DNA of 64,000 nucleotides from Tubulanus polymorphus (GCF_964204645.1 NC_134030.1:9637222-9701221); one strand, 5' to 3'. Counted from the first letter of the stretch, positions 27,100-41,053 are shown. The notes: generated from the letters alone by a model not told the origin. Numbers and translations are program-made.

Positions 27100-30000
27100 T
27101 AACTATGATAATAAATTTAGTTTATTTCACTTTGTACTGAAGTTTATTTTGTTAGTCAACTGGGCCAATGCCCACACGTAGTATTATGTATATTATGTTA
27201 GCTTGGATGTGCTCCAAGATACTAGTTATTGTTAAGAGTATCTCCTTTTTGATTTAGACTTGTCATAGAAAGAGTTCCTCAGGAACTCCTGTTTTCTTTT
27301 AAGTAAAAAGACAAATGTAAAAAGTGTCTTAGATATTTCCTCAACCTTCAGTTTAAAGTCGGAGTGTGAACAATATTCAACATTCTAGGAAGTAAAGAAT
27401 TTTAACAGAAAACAAAACTATCGAGCAAATGATGTCGTCCCGAAATTTTGACATTCGAGAAATTACTGCTGACCTTACGTTAACGTAATTTTTTGTACTT
27501 ACTCGTTCGGTTCCGGATCTAGGAGCTCGATAAATCGCTTTACTGCCGCCTGACGAATGAACAAACGCGCATCTTCACGTCTCCGATAATTGAGATTGTA
27601 TCACCCGTAAGTTACGGCTTTAGTGAACCCGGCGCTGCTGCAGTTGCCTTAGAATAGCGCGATGAGACAACGCTTCTGTAAGTGACGAATATTGTTGATA
27701 CATTAATGTCGCGAGGTTTGCGTGTGAATGTGTCGAATGCGCCATAACCAGCCTTTTCTTATTTCTATGGAAATCCTTCTCAGCGCGAGAAATGATAAAT
27801 TAACAAGTTTACCCGGTCTGATTACGAAAGTCATGACGTTTAGTCACGCTCATCGGTGCACAGAGACTCACGTTTCTAGGATCAGAGGCTCACGTTTCTA
27901 TCACCGTGCTTATATTTAAGAGAACCAGAATAGCCTAGTTAGCCGAACCCCATAGTCGAAATCCATGAAAATAGATAATCCGTTTTTAGTCCGGCGTATG
28001 TAAACCAGAAGGGCTCACGAATTATGGAATATCGTTTGCGAGGAATTTGATAAATGGCTGAAATATTCACAGGGAGTTGAATACGTTCTGGGGTGTACAA
28101 ATTAGTCTTTACCATGGGCAACAATTGCACTTTTGCTAGAATCTGTTGTCAAAGTTTTACTACGTTGATGATTCCAGGACCTTTTCCATCCTGTAAATAA
28201 GTTTGATTTATCTTTTAAGCGAGTTCGGGAGCGATACTAGCCCCTGGCAAGCGAGGATGGATAAATATGAGGACGCATATAGAAGTAAACGCGCACATGT
28301 AGAAGCGACCGTTAGAATTCCATCAAAATTAAATGGAAAAAGTTCCCAAAAATCAGAAGAATATAGAAGCCAGCCCGAAATCCTGTTTAAACCTGCAGGT
28401 GGGCGTATTCCTTCAATCCATACCAAGAAACATCGGCCTTCACCGAGATCGCTCGCGTTTCACAGAAAGCGAAGAACTCTCTCACATAAATGATATTTAG
28501 ATCGATGAATCTAAATCTTGTATTGGACGAACTTTATCGTAAAATCAACCCAGTTTATTTCTGTCATATTGGACATACCCCTTTTAAATCGTATGGAAAT
28601 TCCGTCGATATATAGGTACCCATTCTCGTGGACGGGCTAAGATAATGATACAATATATAGTCATTTTCGAACGAGCCATCTTCGTCAAAAGTGAGATTTT
28701 TTTTGACGCCTTATAAAACGTTACCATTATGAAATCTAAACAATGCTAACCATTCAGCGTCATTTTACAAACGACAACCGTAAATCGATGTGCAAAACGT
28801 CACAGGTTTATGTGTACACATACAAGCCATTTGGCAAAATATTATTGATAAAGATGTAGAATGGCTCCCTGTGATTATATAATGACCTATATTTTAACGT
28901 CGAAATGTTATATTGTATTGAATATCATGAGAAGACGTATTGTAATAGTAAAGGATGTATGATTATATCAGGAGCGTCAGGCATAATAGAAATGATAAGT
29001 AAATCGGATTATTCGGTTAAATGGCGGATGTATACACGATTTGGAAGTCTGATATAAAAGTCAGACCCTGACATGGGGATGCTAGTGGAATGACGAAGCT
29101 ATCTACGATCTGAGTAGGGCCGGCGTGAATTTCATCGGCGGCTACAAGCGGTCTATATAAAAACGTGTAAACATATAATTTCAATATTCAAATGTTTTAG
29201 AAAATATGTTCGATATTAGAGGTATGCAGGTTTCATGAGATTAGCAATTTATAATAGCATAACTGTCATATCTCATTCGCGGGGGATATATTTTTCATTA
29301 TCCATTCAATCTGGGGGAATTAATTTTTTCTTCATATTTCAATGTAAAGGTCGATACATTTCCAGTGTAGAGACCCTCCTAAAACCAATATCTGTTATGA
29401 AGCTAATAGGTATCTCTACCAGAAAATGTTAGTTATAAAAAGTTTGGACCTACGGGTGCAAGGTAGGACCCCCCAAAACCTGAGGTCAAGTTGAGGTCAC
29501 GCAACAAAAAAAAGTCGCCGACAACCAGTACATACTGCCTGTGTGTGTAGAGTATATACAATCGCTTGTGAGCTCTCTATAGAGCATGCTGACTCAGTGT
29601 AAGCAGCCAGACTCGACTAGTTTGCCATCTATCGGGGGTAATAGGAACCGTCACTTGAGACGTGACCACGCCCCAGTCTCTTTGTTTTAGCTGTCACCTG
29701 AGGCGTGACGACGCCAACCGTAGAGATATACGGCTCCGCGTCCACTGATGGCATGTGTATAAGGTGACAATTCAATTCAATACTTTATTGATCCTTATTT
29801 CATTGAAATTCCGGGATAAAATTCCCAAATTCAATAAAGTTACAAATTTTAAACTAAGAAAATACAAAATACAAGACACACGGGTAATTCATACAGAATA
29901 ACATGAATAAGTTATTTAAATGACAACTTCAACCCAGACTCAAGTCTAGGATATCGAGTGACAGCCAAACCGGGATCCCGGTCGACCGGGCCGGCTGGCT

Positions 30001-31390
30001 ACACGATATGCTCGAAGTCATGATGAAGCAGACATCAGAAGAGCTCTTTCTTCAACCATGGAGGCAATGAAGTTGCAGACCAGCTTAGAGGCAAAAATGA
30101 ATCGAAATCGGTCACAAGTTGACAATTTTTTTTAAAAATTAGACCAGTCGAAGACTGTATCATCTACCCAATCGCCAAATCTCATAATTCCCCAAATTTC
30201 TTAAAACTTCGATTTCAAGTTTGCAATTCCACATTAGCTTATCCCAGAAATTTTTCGCAGGCGTCAAATAATTTATTAAAGTTAATTTTCTTGTTAATAC
30301 TTTTTGGCACTTCTGTTCCAACTCACTAAATTTGATAAGGACGTTATGAAAATATATATGCAATGAATGTTAAACAACATATATATAATTATGAAGCATG
30401 ATAGGGGCAGTGCCCAACCTAATCTGTATTGCTCTAGTCCTATCGTTAACCGCTCATTGTAATGATACTATTACTAATTATATTAAAGGCTTTATGCAGA
30501 GTTAGAACGAATAAATGATTTAGAAGATTTATTCCTTAAGATAGAAAGTGTTTTCCCTAATTTGCAAAAATTTGTTGAAATTTTTTTCATCCGACCTCCC
30601 AAATTAGCGTGAGGGCCATAGCAACGCGCTTAACAACGAAATTACGCAATTCGTAAATCGCACGTAAGCGTATCCCTTCTAAAAATCTCAGCCATATATT
30701 ATGTCTGGCAAACGAAATTCCAAATTTCGAAAAAGCAGCCGTGCTGAACGAAAGTATTATGGGCAACTTCGCAGAAAGTTGTATAAAACTCCGACCTGCG
30801 ATTGTGACAAATTATGGTTCAAACTTAACGTGAAAAAACATTAAACTTTATCAGGGTACATGTCACAACGTCGGATACCGCACAACGTTCAAGTCGCAAG
30901 TTGTTGGCATCTGTGTGAGTGGAGTTTTTTGCACCCTTTATCCATGGACATGTACACATGGTGATCATAAGTGATCTTAGTGCCTAAAAATGAAACACGA
31001 GTGAGTCTATATATTGTCAAAGTTTCCTCCAACGTTTTCAATTGTGAAATGAAATGATGTCGACGATGTATAATCTGCTTATAATATACACCATCTGCGG
31101 ACCATATGGCGCTGTTAAAAAAAAATAAAATCGGACCCCGGCTCGGAAACAACACATTTCCATTTTACGTCGAGTTACCCATCGTATATAAACGTAATCG
31201 GATACAGACTATGCCATAGTTCAATCGAGGTGCACGCGGGACGACTGGGATTGTGGATATTAAGTCCTATTTTCTTGCTTGCTGCTACAAGGAAAAGAAA
31301 AAACGCAAAAAAGTAAATATTGAAACACCATTGATGAGACTATATCCGCATTGTGAAGATATTATTGCGGAAAATCCCACAATATAGACG

Positions 31391-31433
31391 TATTCCTGAA
31401 GATGACTATTTCTAGTAGTCGAAACGTTGAATA
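31391..31433 (+). ncRNA. Minimal type I hammerhead ribozyme motif in a Penelope/retrozyme-like short repeat (~31335-31510)
   Basis: Helix I TATTC/GAATA; core CTGAAGA(T); stem II GACTA/TAGTC; GAAA; palindromic ACGT helix III; predicted cleavage after GTT. AATAAA follows. Confidence 0.7.
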
Positions 31434-34400
31434 AACTACAGTCCAGCTCAAGGAAACATTTTCGAACTTTATTTTCGTCAATATTGTAGGATTTTCGTAA
31501 TACTAAATTTCATAGAATATTTTTTGCAGAATCTTTTATTGATATTCGCTTAAGCGCATGGTGTATATACATTAGCCCTGAATAGACCGGAGTCAATCGT
31601 TCGGCTACGCAAACTTAGTGACACAGTACAGCGTGAGTATAGTTCAGACTACATCTCTTTGGGCTCCACGAAGAGTCACCGCGTCTCTCCTTGTTATCGT
31701 AACCATCATGGTCTACAAAAAGCCACCCCTTCTCTTTCGATAAAATAATCTAAAATAACCCAAGCTTCCTCGATAATTTTTACGTAAACGCAAAGGTTTC
31801 AAGATGAAACCATACATAAACGAGACGGATTTCTAAGAAAGTATTCTCTAAAGTAGTACTGTTATACGAGGTCCCGGGAGCTATATTTGGGATGTCCCAG
31901 GGGATTAAAACTTCACAGTGAGCCGATATTTCCACTAAAGCACCTGAGCGAGAATAACAAAGGACTTGCCTGGACAATGCTTTATTCACAAGAGAACGAA
32001 CGTTTACACAAATATACGAATTCCAGATCCGGACCCACTTACCAGGGGAGTCTCATCACAGTACTATAATCTTATATAATAATACCTAATTGTCGAAACC
32101 GACTGCTCGGTCGTTACTGCATGTATCGCCCTGAAAATTTGCCCGGTGGTAGTGGGCCCCTACTCAATTCACGTGCATTGAATTTATGAGTCGAAAATTC
32201 TACGTTTAAAAATCACCCTTGTTTCCACGAGCTTTCCACCAGTAAAAATGAATAAACTGTGATAATTAAAGTGGATTTTAGTAGGCGTTCCGTTCCGCAA
32301 ACTACAGTTACCCCTCGTGAAACTGTATTTCCCGGAACGGAGCGGAACAAGAAAAATTGAATCATGTTGATATGGTACTCTGTGTAACAAAAACGAATAA
32401 ATCAGCGCAATATACGCTAATGAAAGTGGATTTTAGTAGTGTTCCGTTCCGTTCCACAAATTACAGTTACCCCGTAGTGAAACTGTATTTTACAGATTTA
32501 AGGTCACCGGCTGCTTGAAATACAACTGTAGAGCTGCCACAAAGCCATATTTTTTGCTGATCACACAAAGGGGTGGGAGGGGGATGGGACGACCCCCTTT
32601 TTGAACCAAATTGCCCTTTTAGAAATGGTAATGACGTAATTTGTCCACTATGACGAAAATCGTTTCGTTCCGTTCCGGTAATTACAGTAAGCCCATGTTA
32701 CAGTACAATGTAGGTACGTAACATACGAGTTGTAAACATCTTAATGCTTAATCTAGCTGTTACATGACGTTTATTTTAAATCGAGTTGTAAACATCTTAA
32801 TGCTTAATCTAGCTGTTACATGACATTTAGTTTAAATTTATTAGCATGTCTGTGCGTACACATTAGCTCTGTCCTCATGAAATCACAGGACTATGAATCC
32901 TTATTAATAGATTTAGTAAAAGAAAATCATAAGAAAGTACAAAAAATCATCAGCCATTTTGGGAGATATCTCCCTCTGTGAGCATCTTCCTCCGCAGCTT
33001 AGATGATCTCATTATCAGCCCATCAGATAGCTATCCCGTTTTATTTTAGCCTGGGGTTAATTCCCATTTATAGCTCTGCCGTGAAATTTATTTACCTCAG
33101 CGATTATACGATGAGCAATGTGATTGGTGCCGTAAGTTTTCGTGCACCAAAGCTGCGCGTGTACCTGCGCACCCTGTCTGCTGTGGCAGAGGTTCGTGCC
33201 GTGGCTGAGTGTAGCGATGCCATTAGGTTCGAATCCCTGCCGTGGGAGGATGCTCATCGAGGGCGGGTCTAGGATTTTTGTAGGGACGGTGTCCTCAAAG
33301 TAAAAATGGACCATATGAAATGTTGCTGTATAAGGACGACGCAAGCTGCGTAGTTGCATAGCCCTTACGGCCAATGGCCGTGAGAGGGTACTCAAGGGGA
33401 TCTCCTGTACTCGCCAAAAGAAATTTTTAAGAAATTTTGAGGAGAATTCCGTTAGATTTCCACGAGGTTGAACAATGAAATCCATGAAATTAATCATGAA
33501 ATACACAAAACCACATTGTATACCATTGTATATTCATCATTTTCCACTTCTTTTTGTTTCATACTTACCTCAATTGAAAAGGTCACTTTCAATCCACCCC
33601 TGTGTAATATTTGGCAAAATTCCGCTTAGAATTCGGTGTTTCGGCGTTTCCCTAGATAATTTTAAGCAGGGGGATACATCTACCGAGAAACTGAGTGTTA
33701 AATACAGTCTACATAGTAGTTTTTGAAAGTGATTTTTAAAGATGCTTTTCCTGATGCTTTATTCACTGAAATACGGTTTCAGTGCTTATACACAATCCCA
33801 GAAAGTATACTTTGTTTCTCATCACATTCCTTATGCAATCCAAGACGATCGGTGAGAAGTATTCATTTTCAAGAAGTTAAAAAACCCGATATAAGGGCAC
33901 AAAAAGACTACCTAGTTTCTCAAGAAAGTCAAATGCCACCCGCGTCAGGAAATCCCTAATTGAAATTTAAAAGACAAATGCGCTCGCCCGCATCGGCAAA
34001 GCATCGGTCGTCTTTTTTTTAATAAGAATTAAAACCCGCTCGCCCGCATAGCTGAATGGTATAGTGTAAATCAGTGGTTTATTTCTGCGGGCGTTTGTAT
34101 GCTCATCCTCGACGTACTGGTAATCCACATCTAGTGAAAATGATTGTCTCAGTTTCGATTAAATGAGTCGATATAGTTTGATTTTATAGGTTTTGAGGAG
34201 CTACTTAATTCTGAATTACTCGCATAACTGGCATTTTTTGGCATTAGTAAAAAAACTTCCCTCTCGCGGCTGTTCTATAAGTCTCGGGTTGAGCCTTTTA
34301 CTTGAACCTTTTTATTAAAAAAAAGCAATAAAAATAAAATTCGCCCACCTTCGTCACTTTCCAGAAAAAAAAATCTGATGAGAAACTAGGGTATTTCTTT

Positions 34401-34744
34401 GTGTGGCCTAAAATCTTCGCTTGCTCATGCATTTCAAGATGCGCGAGCTGTCCCATAATACATTATTAGCACTGAAAACAAAATCATAGCTTTTCTCCTG
34501 TAAATACCTCTTAATAATCGAATGACACAGATTTATTCACAACGAGAAAATTCCATCAACAATGAAATAGACAACAAAATAACCATCAATTCAAACCAGA
34601 CATACGTTTCTCTCAATGTCTTAAAACATATATATTTCTTACTGCTTTTAACTGAATGCTGATGTCTGTATAATTGATGAGAAACTAAGATATATTTTTT
34701 TTGCCTATGAATCTACAGTACTGTATTTCAATTTACAGAAGGAA

Positions 34745-37480
34745 ATGTTGGCTAGAGCCTTGTTTCGGCCATTCGCTCGCTATGTTGCCGTGTTTGTTCT
34801 TGGAGCAGTAATGGGATTATACTTCGGTGTCATGATGGGCGCGCAAGATCGAATATTCAGTTGGAAACGCTACCGAAGATCAAATTCAAATGTAACTGTA
34901 CTCACAGTTGAAAGTATACCAGGTATTCCCGGTGATCAAAACACTATCGACAATAATGGTAACAACTCAGTATTAAGACGAGCACAAACATGGGACGATT
35001 ATCGCGAGAACCATTCCAAAGGTATTGTTCTTGGATTTTGCTATCGTGTCAAACAATTGCACTCAAAAGTTAGTTACGAGGATTGGAAAGCCCGCCGCAC
35101 ACGGCACCGAAAAAACGGGGAAGTCATTACACAAAACACCGAACAGAAAAACGTTTTTCGCGAAACAAGCACTGCTTGATTTGCGAAAAACGTTTTGTGT
35201 AGTCGAAAACGTATTTCGTCCCGTGTGCGGTGGATGTTTTGTGTTTGCAAAATATCCACGGCTGAATAACCAATCTGCGAGCAATAATGTATAACATGGC
35301 ACTACAAAAGTTGATGTGAATAACTGCCGTGTCCGTTGAACGTTTTATCGTTTGCGGGCAAAACGTTTTACGAAAAGCGTTTTGTGAAAACGGTGAAAAA
35401 CGTTATTTTCCGTTTTGGCAAAACAAATGCTATACCGTGTGCGTTAGGGTTTAGGCTCCATCTAAATATCATAACGATCTCGATTAATAAAACACTATAT
35501 CCGAGTTGTGACGATAATGTAGAGAGAATCCCACAATAATAACGAAAAACAGTCCGAAAATAATTCTGGAGCTAGTCGAATAAACTAATAGCTGCAGTTA
35601 CATTTTCGGACTGTTTTTCATTATTATTGTGGCCATGGTCTCCGATCCATCGGTCCCAATAGTGGCATTATAAGGTAAATTCATCACGCCACCATTAAAA
35701 CCGTATGCCTTGCAGTCATATTCTTGCATCTTACGTTTTAGACGATCGAACTGTCGCCGACACTTTGTTCGAAAAAGTGCGTGTCTTCTGTTGGGTCATG
35801 ACTTCGCCGATGAATAGGGACAAGAAAGCCGTGCACGTGAAAGCAACGTGGCTCAAACGATGCAACGGCTACGTTTTCATCAGCAGTGAAGATGACCTAT
35901 CTTTACCAGCTGTCAAATTGCCAGGGGTGAAAGAAGGTCGCAGGTATTTGTGGGGTAAGACTAAGGCGGCATTTAGGTACATCTACCAGCAACACTTGAA
36001 CGACTACGACTGGTTTCTGAAGGCTGATGACGACACGTACGTTATCATGGAAAACCTTCGCCATTTGTTGAGTTTCCACAACAATTCAGAGCCTGTCCAT
36101 TTCGGCCGCCAATTACGTTCACCTAGGGAAAGGACCAAACAGCCGTATATGAGCGGAGGTGCCGGGTATGTGTTAAGTCGTGAAGCAGTTAGAAGACTAG
36201 CCGAACACGGACTTGGCGCCAGTAACAAATGCGAGTCAATCGAAAGCATTCCAGAGGATTTCAATATGGGCAAATGTTTGGGGCTTATCGGTGTAGTTGA
36301 CATTGATACGAGGGACGAGTTTCAACGAGACCGCTTTCATCCTTTTCGACCAGAGGTCCATTTGTTTAAAGGTTATTTGCCAAAAGACTTCTGGTTCTGG
36401 AAATACATCGTTCATCCTTCAGAAATAGTGAGTATGCCTAACCTACACCCATGGAAAGAGAATACATAACTAACTGATAAATAGTCAAAATTTAACGTTT
36501 ACGATAGATATAATGCTACGTTATACTCGGTTGTTTTCTAAAATGAATGGTCGGATAATGTTGTGAAATCCAAATCTTCTTGCAATTCCACCCAGTAACT
36601 ATTTTATCCTCGGCCTTATTCGTTCTACGAATGTTCCGAATGTTTCACACTTCTATCTTTTGTGATCTCTCTTTTAGTGTTATTGTCTTTACAGCTACAT
36701 TTCGTTCCACTCTTCGTCTTAGAACCGTCGATACATTCATTTTGTTTTTCCTCGAAGTCAAAACCTGAAACTTATATTCTGATTTCCTACATTCACAAAA
36801 TTCCAAAGCTAGTAGTCCATTCCCATTTTAGTAATATTTATAGTTACCAGGGCCGTACCCCGAATTTTAATCATTTTTGGGAAAGGCAGAGATACCCGGA
36901 AAAATGCAGTTCTATGGGATATAACAATATAACATATATTTGCAAAAAGGACACATTTACAAAATTTCTCGGGGTAGGCAACTGCCCTCTGTCTTCCGCT
37001 AAACAAGGCCCTGCGTCCAGTTTTATAGACTGGTACCATCTCAAACCCAGGAGTTAACTCAACTGAAATTGAAATGAGTTGGCCCCTGGGTTAAAGTCAA
37101 CACCAGTCTGTAAAACCGGGGTTACTAATAGCTCTTATTATTTCCGCACAAACGCCCAACTTGAGCCACTTCTTAGTGTGCGCAACACGGTGTGGGTACA
37201 GTGCAGTTACCTCTGACCAACCCATTCCACTATTGGCCCAACAGTATAAACTTGCAGCATTGAATGTATCCTACCTATATCATTTCAGGGACCAGGATGC
37301 TGCAGCGATTTCACTATCAGTTTTCACTACATCCAACCGAGCAACATGTACGTCATCGAATTTTTCATATACCACTTGCGGCCGTTCGGAATTTCGAAAC
37401 ATTATTCTCTTCCCCCGAACTTCGAAAGCAAACGTGAAACGACGATGGGAGTGAACGGCGAGTTTCGTAAAACGCCATGA
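34745..37480 (+). CDS. C1GALT1: Core 1 beta-1,3-galactosyltransferase (T-synthase, GT31), ~384 aa
   Basis: Exons 34745-35021, 35742-36427, 37289-37480, phase-consistent, 1155 nt. N-terminal TM. Motifs VRVFCWVMT, WGKTKAAF, DWFLKADDDTY, YMSGGAGYVLSREA, EDFNMGKCL, GPGCCSDFTISFHY..YHLRPFG. AATAAA at ~37579. Confidence 0.96.
35090..35450. mobile_element. Harbinger-like MITE in C1GALT1 intron 1
   Basis: TIR-like GCCCGCCGCACACGG / CCGTGTGCGTTAGGG with internal AAAACG/CGTTTT subrepeats. Confidence 0.55.
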
Positions 37481-38516
37481 AAACGGCAACAACGTTAATA
37501 ATACGATTGACTTGTTCGGCAATATTGAGCAATAATTTGTATATTCTATTTCATTTGTTTTTTTAATCTCAAGCTATCAATAAAGTTTCCAATTAGTTTT
37601 CTCGTTACTAATCGCCTTCCAACTTCTTATCCTTACATCGTTCAACATATTCATCGTTTAACATTTTCATGTTTCACGTGTCCATCTTTAACAATTACGT
37701 CATCGTAGCACACCCGTTAGTCTTACGATTATATTTTCTTTATCTGTTAATCACCTTTCGAATCAATCATTCCGGAGGTTTTCACCCGCCACCATAATCT
37801 CATGTCTGGAGTAGACGGCGGCACACGTGATCTGCACGCCCTTTGTTCGTGGTTGAACACATCTGTCGCGATGCTCAATCATGTCTTATGTCCCACATAT
37901 GCATCAGTATATACAGCACACAGGCGTTATTACATACGTATCATAACGTACCAGATTCATAGGAATGTACGTATTACTTGCGTATGTATCATATTACGTA
38001 CGTATCATGCTCAAACCTCATCCTCTACCGCGTTCATTGCTATATACACGACATTAGTCATTAGATCATTGGTAGCTTGTTTCGCCTTCATTCACCGACA
38101 ACCAGTTCCAGGATCCTGGTTCCGTAGTTCTAGGTTCTATTTTTGACATTAGAAAGTTTGAAATAAATTCGATCCTAACTGGGGTGCATGATATAAGGCT
38201 GAAAAATGGATTGATACCTTGTTTCTCCTTTCCGATGAGCTTAAAAGTTGACCCGGCCGGCCGCCTATCTACCATGTACATGTCATACCATAACATACGA
38301 TAAAAGACCCGGCAGTTAAATGAACTGATTACAAACTTTCTTGCAGTTTACAAAATGATCCGGTCGATTAGGGAAAACAAGGTATCATTTTTAGTCTAAT
38401 TGTATAGCTTGATCTATCCCATCGTCTTCATCAAACCAGCAATTTAAGTACATATTCGTACTCCGTCTAATGGATATAATAATATATTTACAGATACCCT
38501 AAACATGTAGGCCTAC

Positions 38517-39467
38517 ATGGCCAAATGGACCAAACGGAAAAAAATGTCGCGTAATATGAAATATCTGATATTGCTGGTAGTAATCAACGTAGTAATAATC
38601 ATTACGATAGTATGTCGGTTTCAAAACATTCAATCCATAAACAACACCCAACGAGGACAGCCGTTACTAACCTTGTTTACGTCGATGGGTAACGAGAGAT
38701 TCTACGCTCTGAAGTATCAGAACGCGTTGCATTTATGGCCAAAAATCGACCCGAAGATTGTACCAGTACTATTTACGGACAATGACATTCTAACGGAAAC
38801 CGCCATTGAGAACGGGTGGAAGGTACTTCCGATTCCCCGCAAAGCTTCAAACCGCCAACCGTATCTGAAAGACATGTTCGTCAAGGTCACGGAGGAATTC
38901 GATTCATTGTTTTACGGGTTTGCCAACGCCGACATGCTGTTTGACGGCACTCTGGTGGATACGCTGATATGCGTAGGCAACAAAATTGTCGAAAACAGTG
39001 AATTAATGTACAACAACCTGATTATTGGACAACGCCGCAACCTGGTCGTCACCGTTCAGAAGATCAGTACAATCGGTGAGGTCGAGCGACTGTTCATCTC
39101 CGACTCGACGGAGTTCGCTACAAACACTCAGGATTACTTTATCACGACTCGTACCGGCTATCCGTGGAAAAGTTTGCCCTATCTCGTGCTGGGAAGGCCG
39201 GGAATCGATAACTGGATAGTATACGACGCGAACGCAAAAAGCGTCGTCGTCATCGACGCGTCTAAAACCGTACACGCGTTACACCAGTCCAGCCCCGAGG
39301 GTCATTACAACGGATTCGCGCAGGCCGACGCCGACGTCAATCGGATGAAATTCTATAACTTAGGATTCAACGCCAACATGGGAACTACCGATTGCGCCGA
39401 GTTGGAAACTGAATCGCAACTCGGCATTGTGGCGCTTATACCGAAGAGAAATAAGATATGTAATTAA
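38517..39467 (+). CDS. Uncharacterised type II membrane protein, putative GT-A-fold glycosyltransferase, 316 aa
   Basis: Single-exon ORF preceded by acceptor TTTACAG (~38493). Basic cytoplasmic tail, one TM segment (ILLVVINVVIIITIVC), then a lumenal domain with LTLFTS, FYGFANADMLF (DxD-like), QDYF, GRPGIDNW, HALHQ. The glycosyltransferase call is inference. Confidence 0.85.
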   Translation: MAKWTKRKKMSRNMKYLILLVVINVVIIITIVCRFQNIQSINNTQRGQPLLTLFTSMGNERFYALKYQNALHLWPKIDPKIVPVLFTDNDILTETAIENGWKVLPIPRKASNRQPYLKDMFVKVTEEFDSLFYGFANADMLFDGTLVDTLICVGNKIVENSELMYNNLIIGQRRNLVVTVQKISTIGEVERLFISDSTEFATNTQDYFITTRTGYPWKSLPYLVLGRPGIDNWIVYDANAKSVVVIDASKTVHALHQSSPEGHYNGFAQADADVNRMKFYNLGFNANMGTTDCAELETESQLGIVALIPKRNKICN

Positions 39468-39479
39468 TCCACGACCAGA

Positions 39480-39905
39480 TGTCTATGAAGAACAATTTCA
39501 GCATAATCTATAGACCATTGCCGCGTATATATCGATTGTCCAGTCATTTGTTAAATAAAACTATAGGAAGCTAGGAAAACCTTCCAAGCAGAGAAGGGAG
39601 ATCTATGTACAGCTCTCTGCGTCCAATGTTTATAAAGAACAATTTTTAGCATAATTCATAGACCATTGCCGGTTATATTTTGATTTTCCAGTCCTTTGTT
39701 AAACAAAGTACAGAAAACCGTTCAAACAGAGAAGGAAGATCTATGTACATGTACAAATTTCTTCGTCAAGTGGTTAATAAGAATTTCAGCACAATCAAGA
39801 GATCATTGTAGACTTTTTTGTCCTGTGTTAAACAAAACTATTGACAGCTAGGAAAACCTTTCAAACAGAGGGGGAAGACCTATGTACATGTACATCTTTT
39901 TACGT
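39480..39905 (+). repeat. Three degenerate ~145-bp tandem repeats downstream of the GT-like gene
   Basis: AAGAA(CAA)TTT.AGCA.AAT..AGA.CATTG ... GTTAAA.AAA ... AAAACC.T.CAA.CAGAG..GG.AGA.CTATGTACA occurs three times. Confidence 0.8.
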
Positions 39906-41053
39906 CCAATCATTTTGATTCGGGTCCTAGTGCGCACAGCGCTTTTCATCATTAAAGCTATAGTGTATGGTTTTAATATTTCGTTTCAAAACGGAACAAT
40001 TCTAGAGCAACTGAAGGGTATCTACATGTACATATAGCATTCATCGCATTTCATACAAAACACAGAATACGTACACGGATCGAATTCAAATTGCGCTGCG
40101 AAATATACAATGGATCGGATTCATTGTAACAAAAGAAACACCCAACTGATCTCGCGCGAAGCGACTACATGTACGAAAACCCCGATGAAACAAACACCAA
40201 AATCTAATCCAAAATTTATTTTTACTGTCCTAGAAATATGGAATATTCAAGTCGTGCCTATTTCGGATCAAACGATTAATCAAAGGAACCGATAAACCAG
40301 TATATAATAGTTTTAAAAACACCAATTATCTTTATGATATTATTGTTATCATTATCATATACATAAACAACTATTTCGGAATAGTAGCAGTTTCTAGTAA
40401 CACCTAGCGTAAGTCGGATTTTTTTGGACCAAGAAAAATCCTGTGACTTAGGACAAGTCACATTTTTAGCCTATTTCCGAAAACTACGACTTGAGAATTA
40501 ATTTCTGTTAACGGAAAAATTATATCAATATCTACAAGAAATGATTTAAAAACGATGAAACATTTTGGGTTTATTTTTCTATTCTAATACGCTAACCGCA
40601 ACTGAAATAACGACTGGTTGACATGTATCGTCGATTTCGAGCCAGAAACAACAGGATAATATGGTATCTCTGTCGAACAAAGTTTCTTAATTTCTAGAGG
40701 AATTTCTTTACTTTTGCGCATGTCTATAGGGGTCCGAACAAGGAAGCAATCAATCAGCAATGGGAAGAAAAAAGTCATCTGACTTATGACGGGAGATTTA
40801 GTGATATTTTATTCAGGTATTAGAAGTACTTCGACTAACATTATCCGCCTTTGGAATATAAATGTCTTTGGAAACGAGAAGGAAAAATCGGGACGATCTT
40901 TAAACATTGATTAGGATATAAGCGATTATCCGACTTTCGCCGATCTGACTTACGCAAGGTCTACTGTAGTCAGCTAGCAAAGATTGGGGGCCGGGAACCC
41001 CCTAACTCTGTCCTGACTCCGAGTAAACGTTAGTAAGTTTATTCATTGTTATT

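Noticed and set aside
32727-32825. Direct repeats (~43 bp x2) resembling a repeat-spacer array
   Set aside because: Only two units, a simple tandem duplication in eukaryotic DNA; no CRISPR context.
33190-33245. tRNA gene suggested by GGTTCGAATCCC
   Set aside because: No cloverleaf could be built; it is part of a dispersed repeat also seen at 49348-49576 and ~25230.
28600-34700. Short ORFs in the intergenic region upstream of C1GALT1 (e.g. 33057-33506)
   Set aside because: No recognisable domains or consistent splice structure; the region is repeat-rich.
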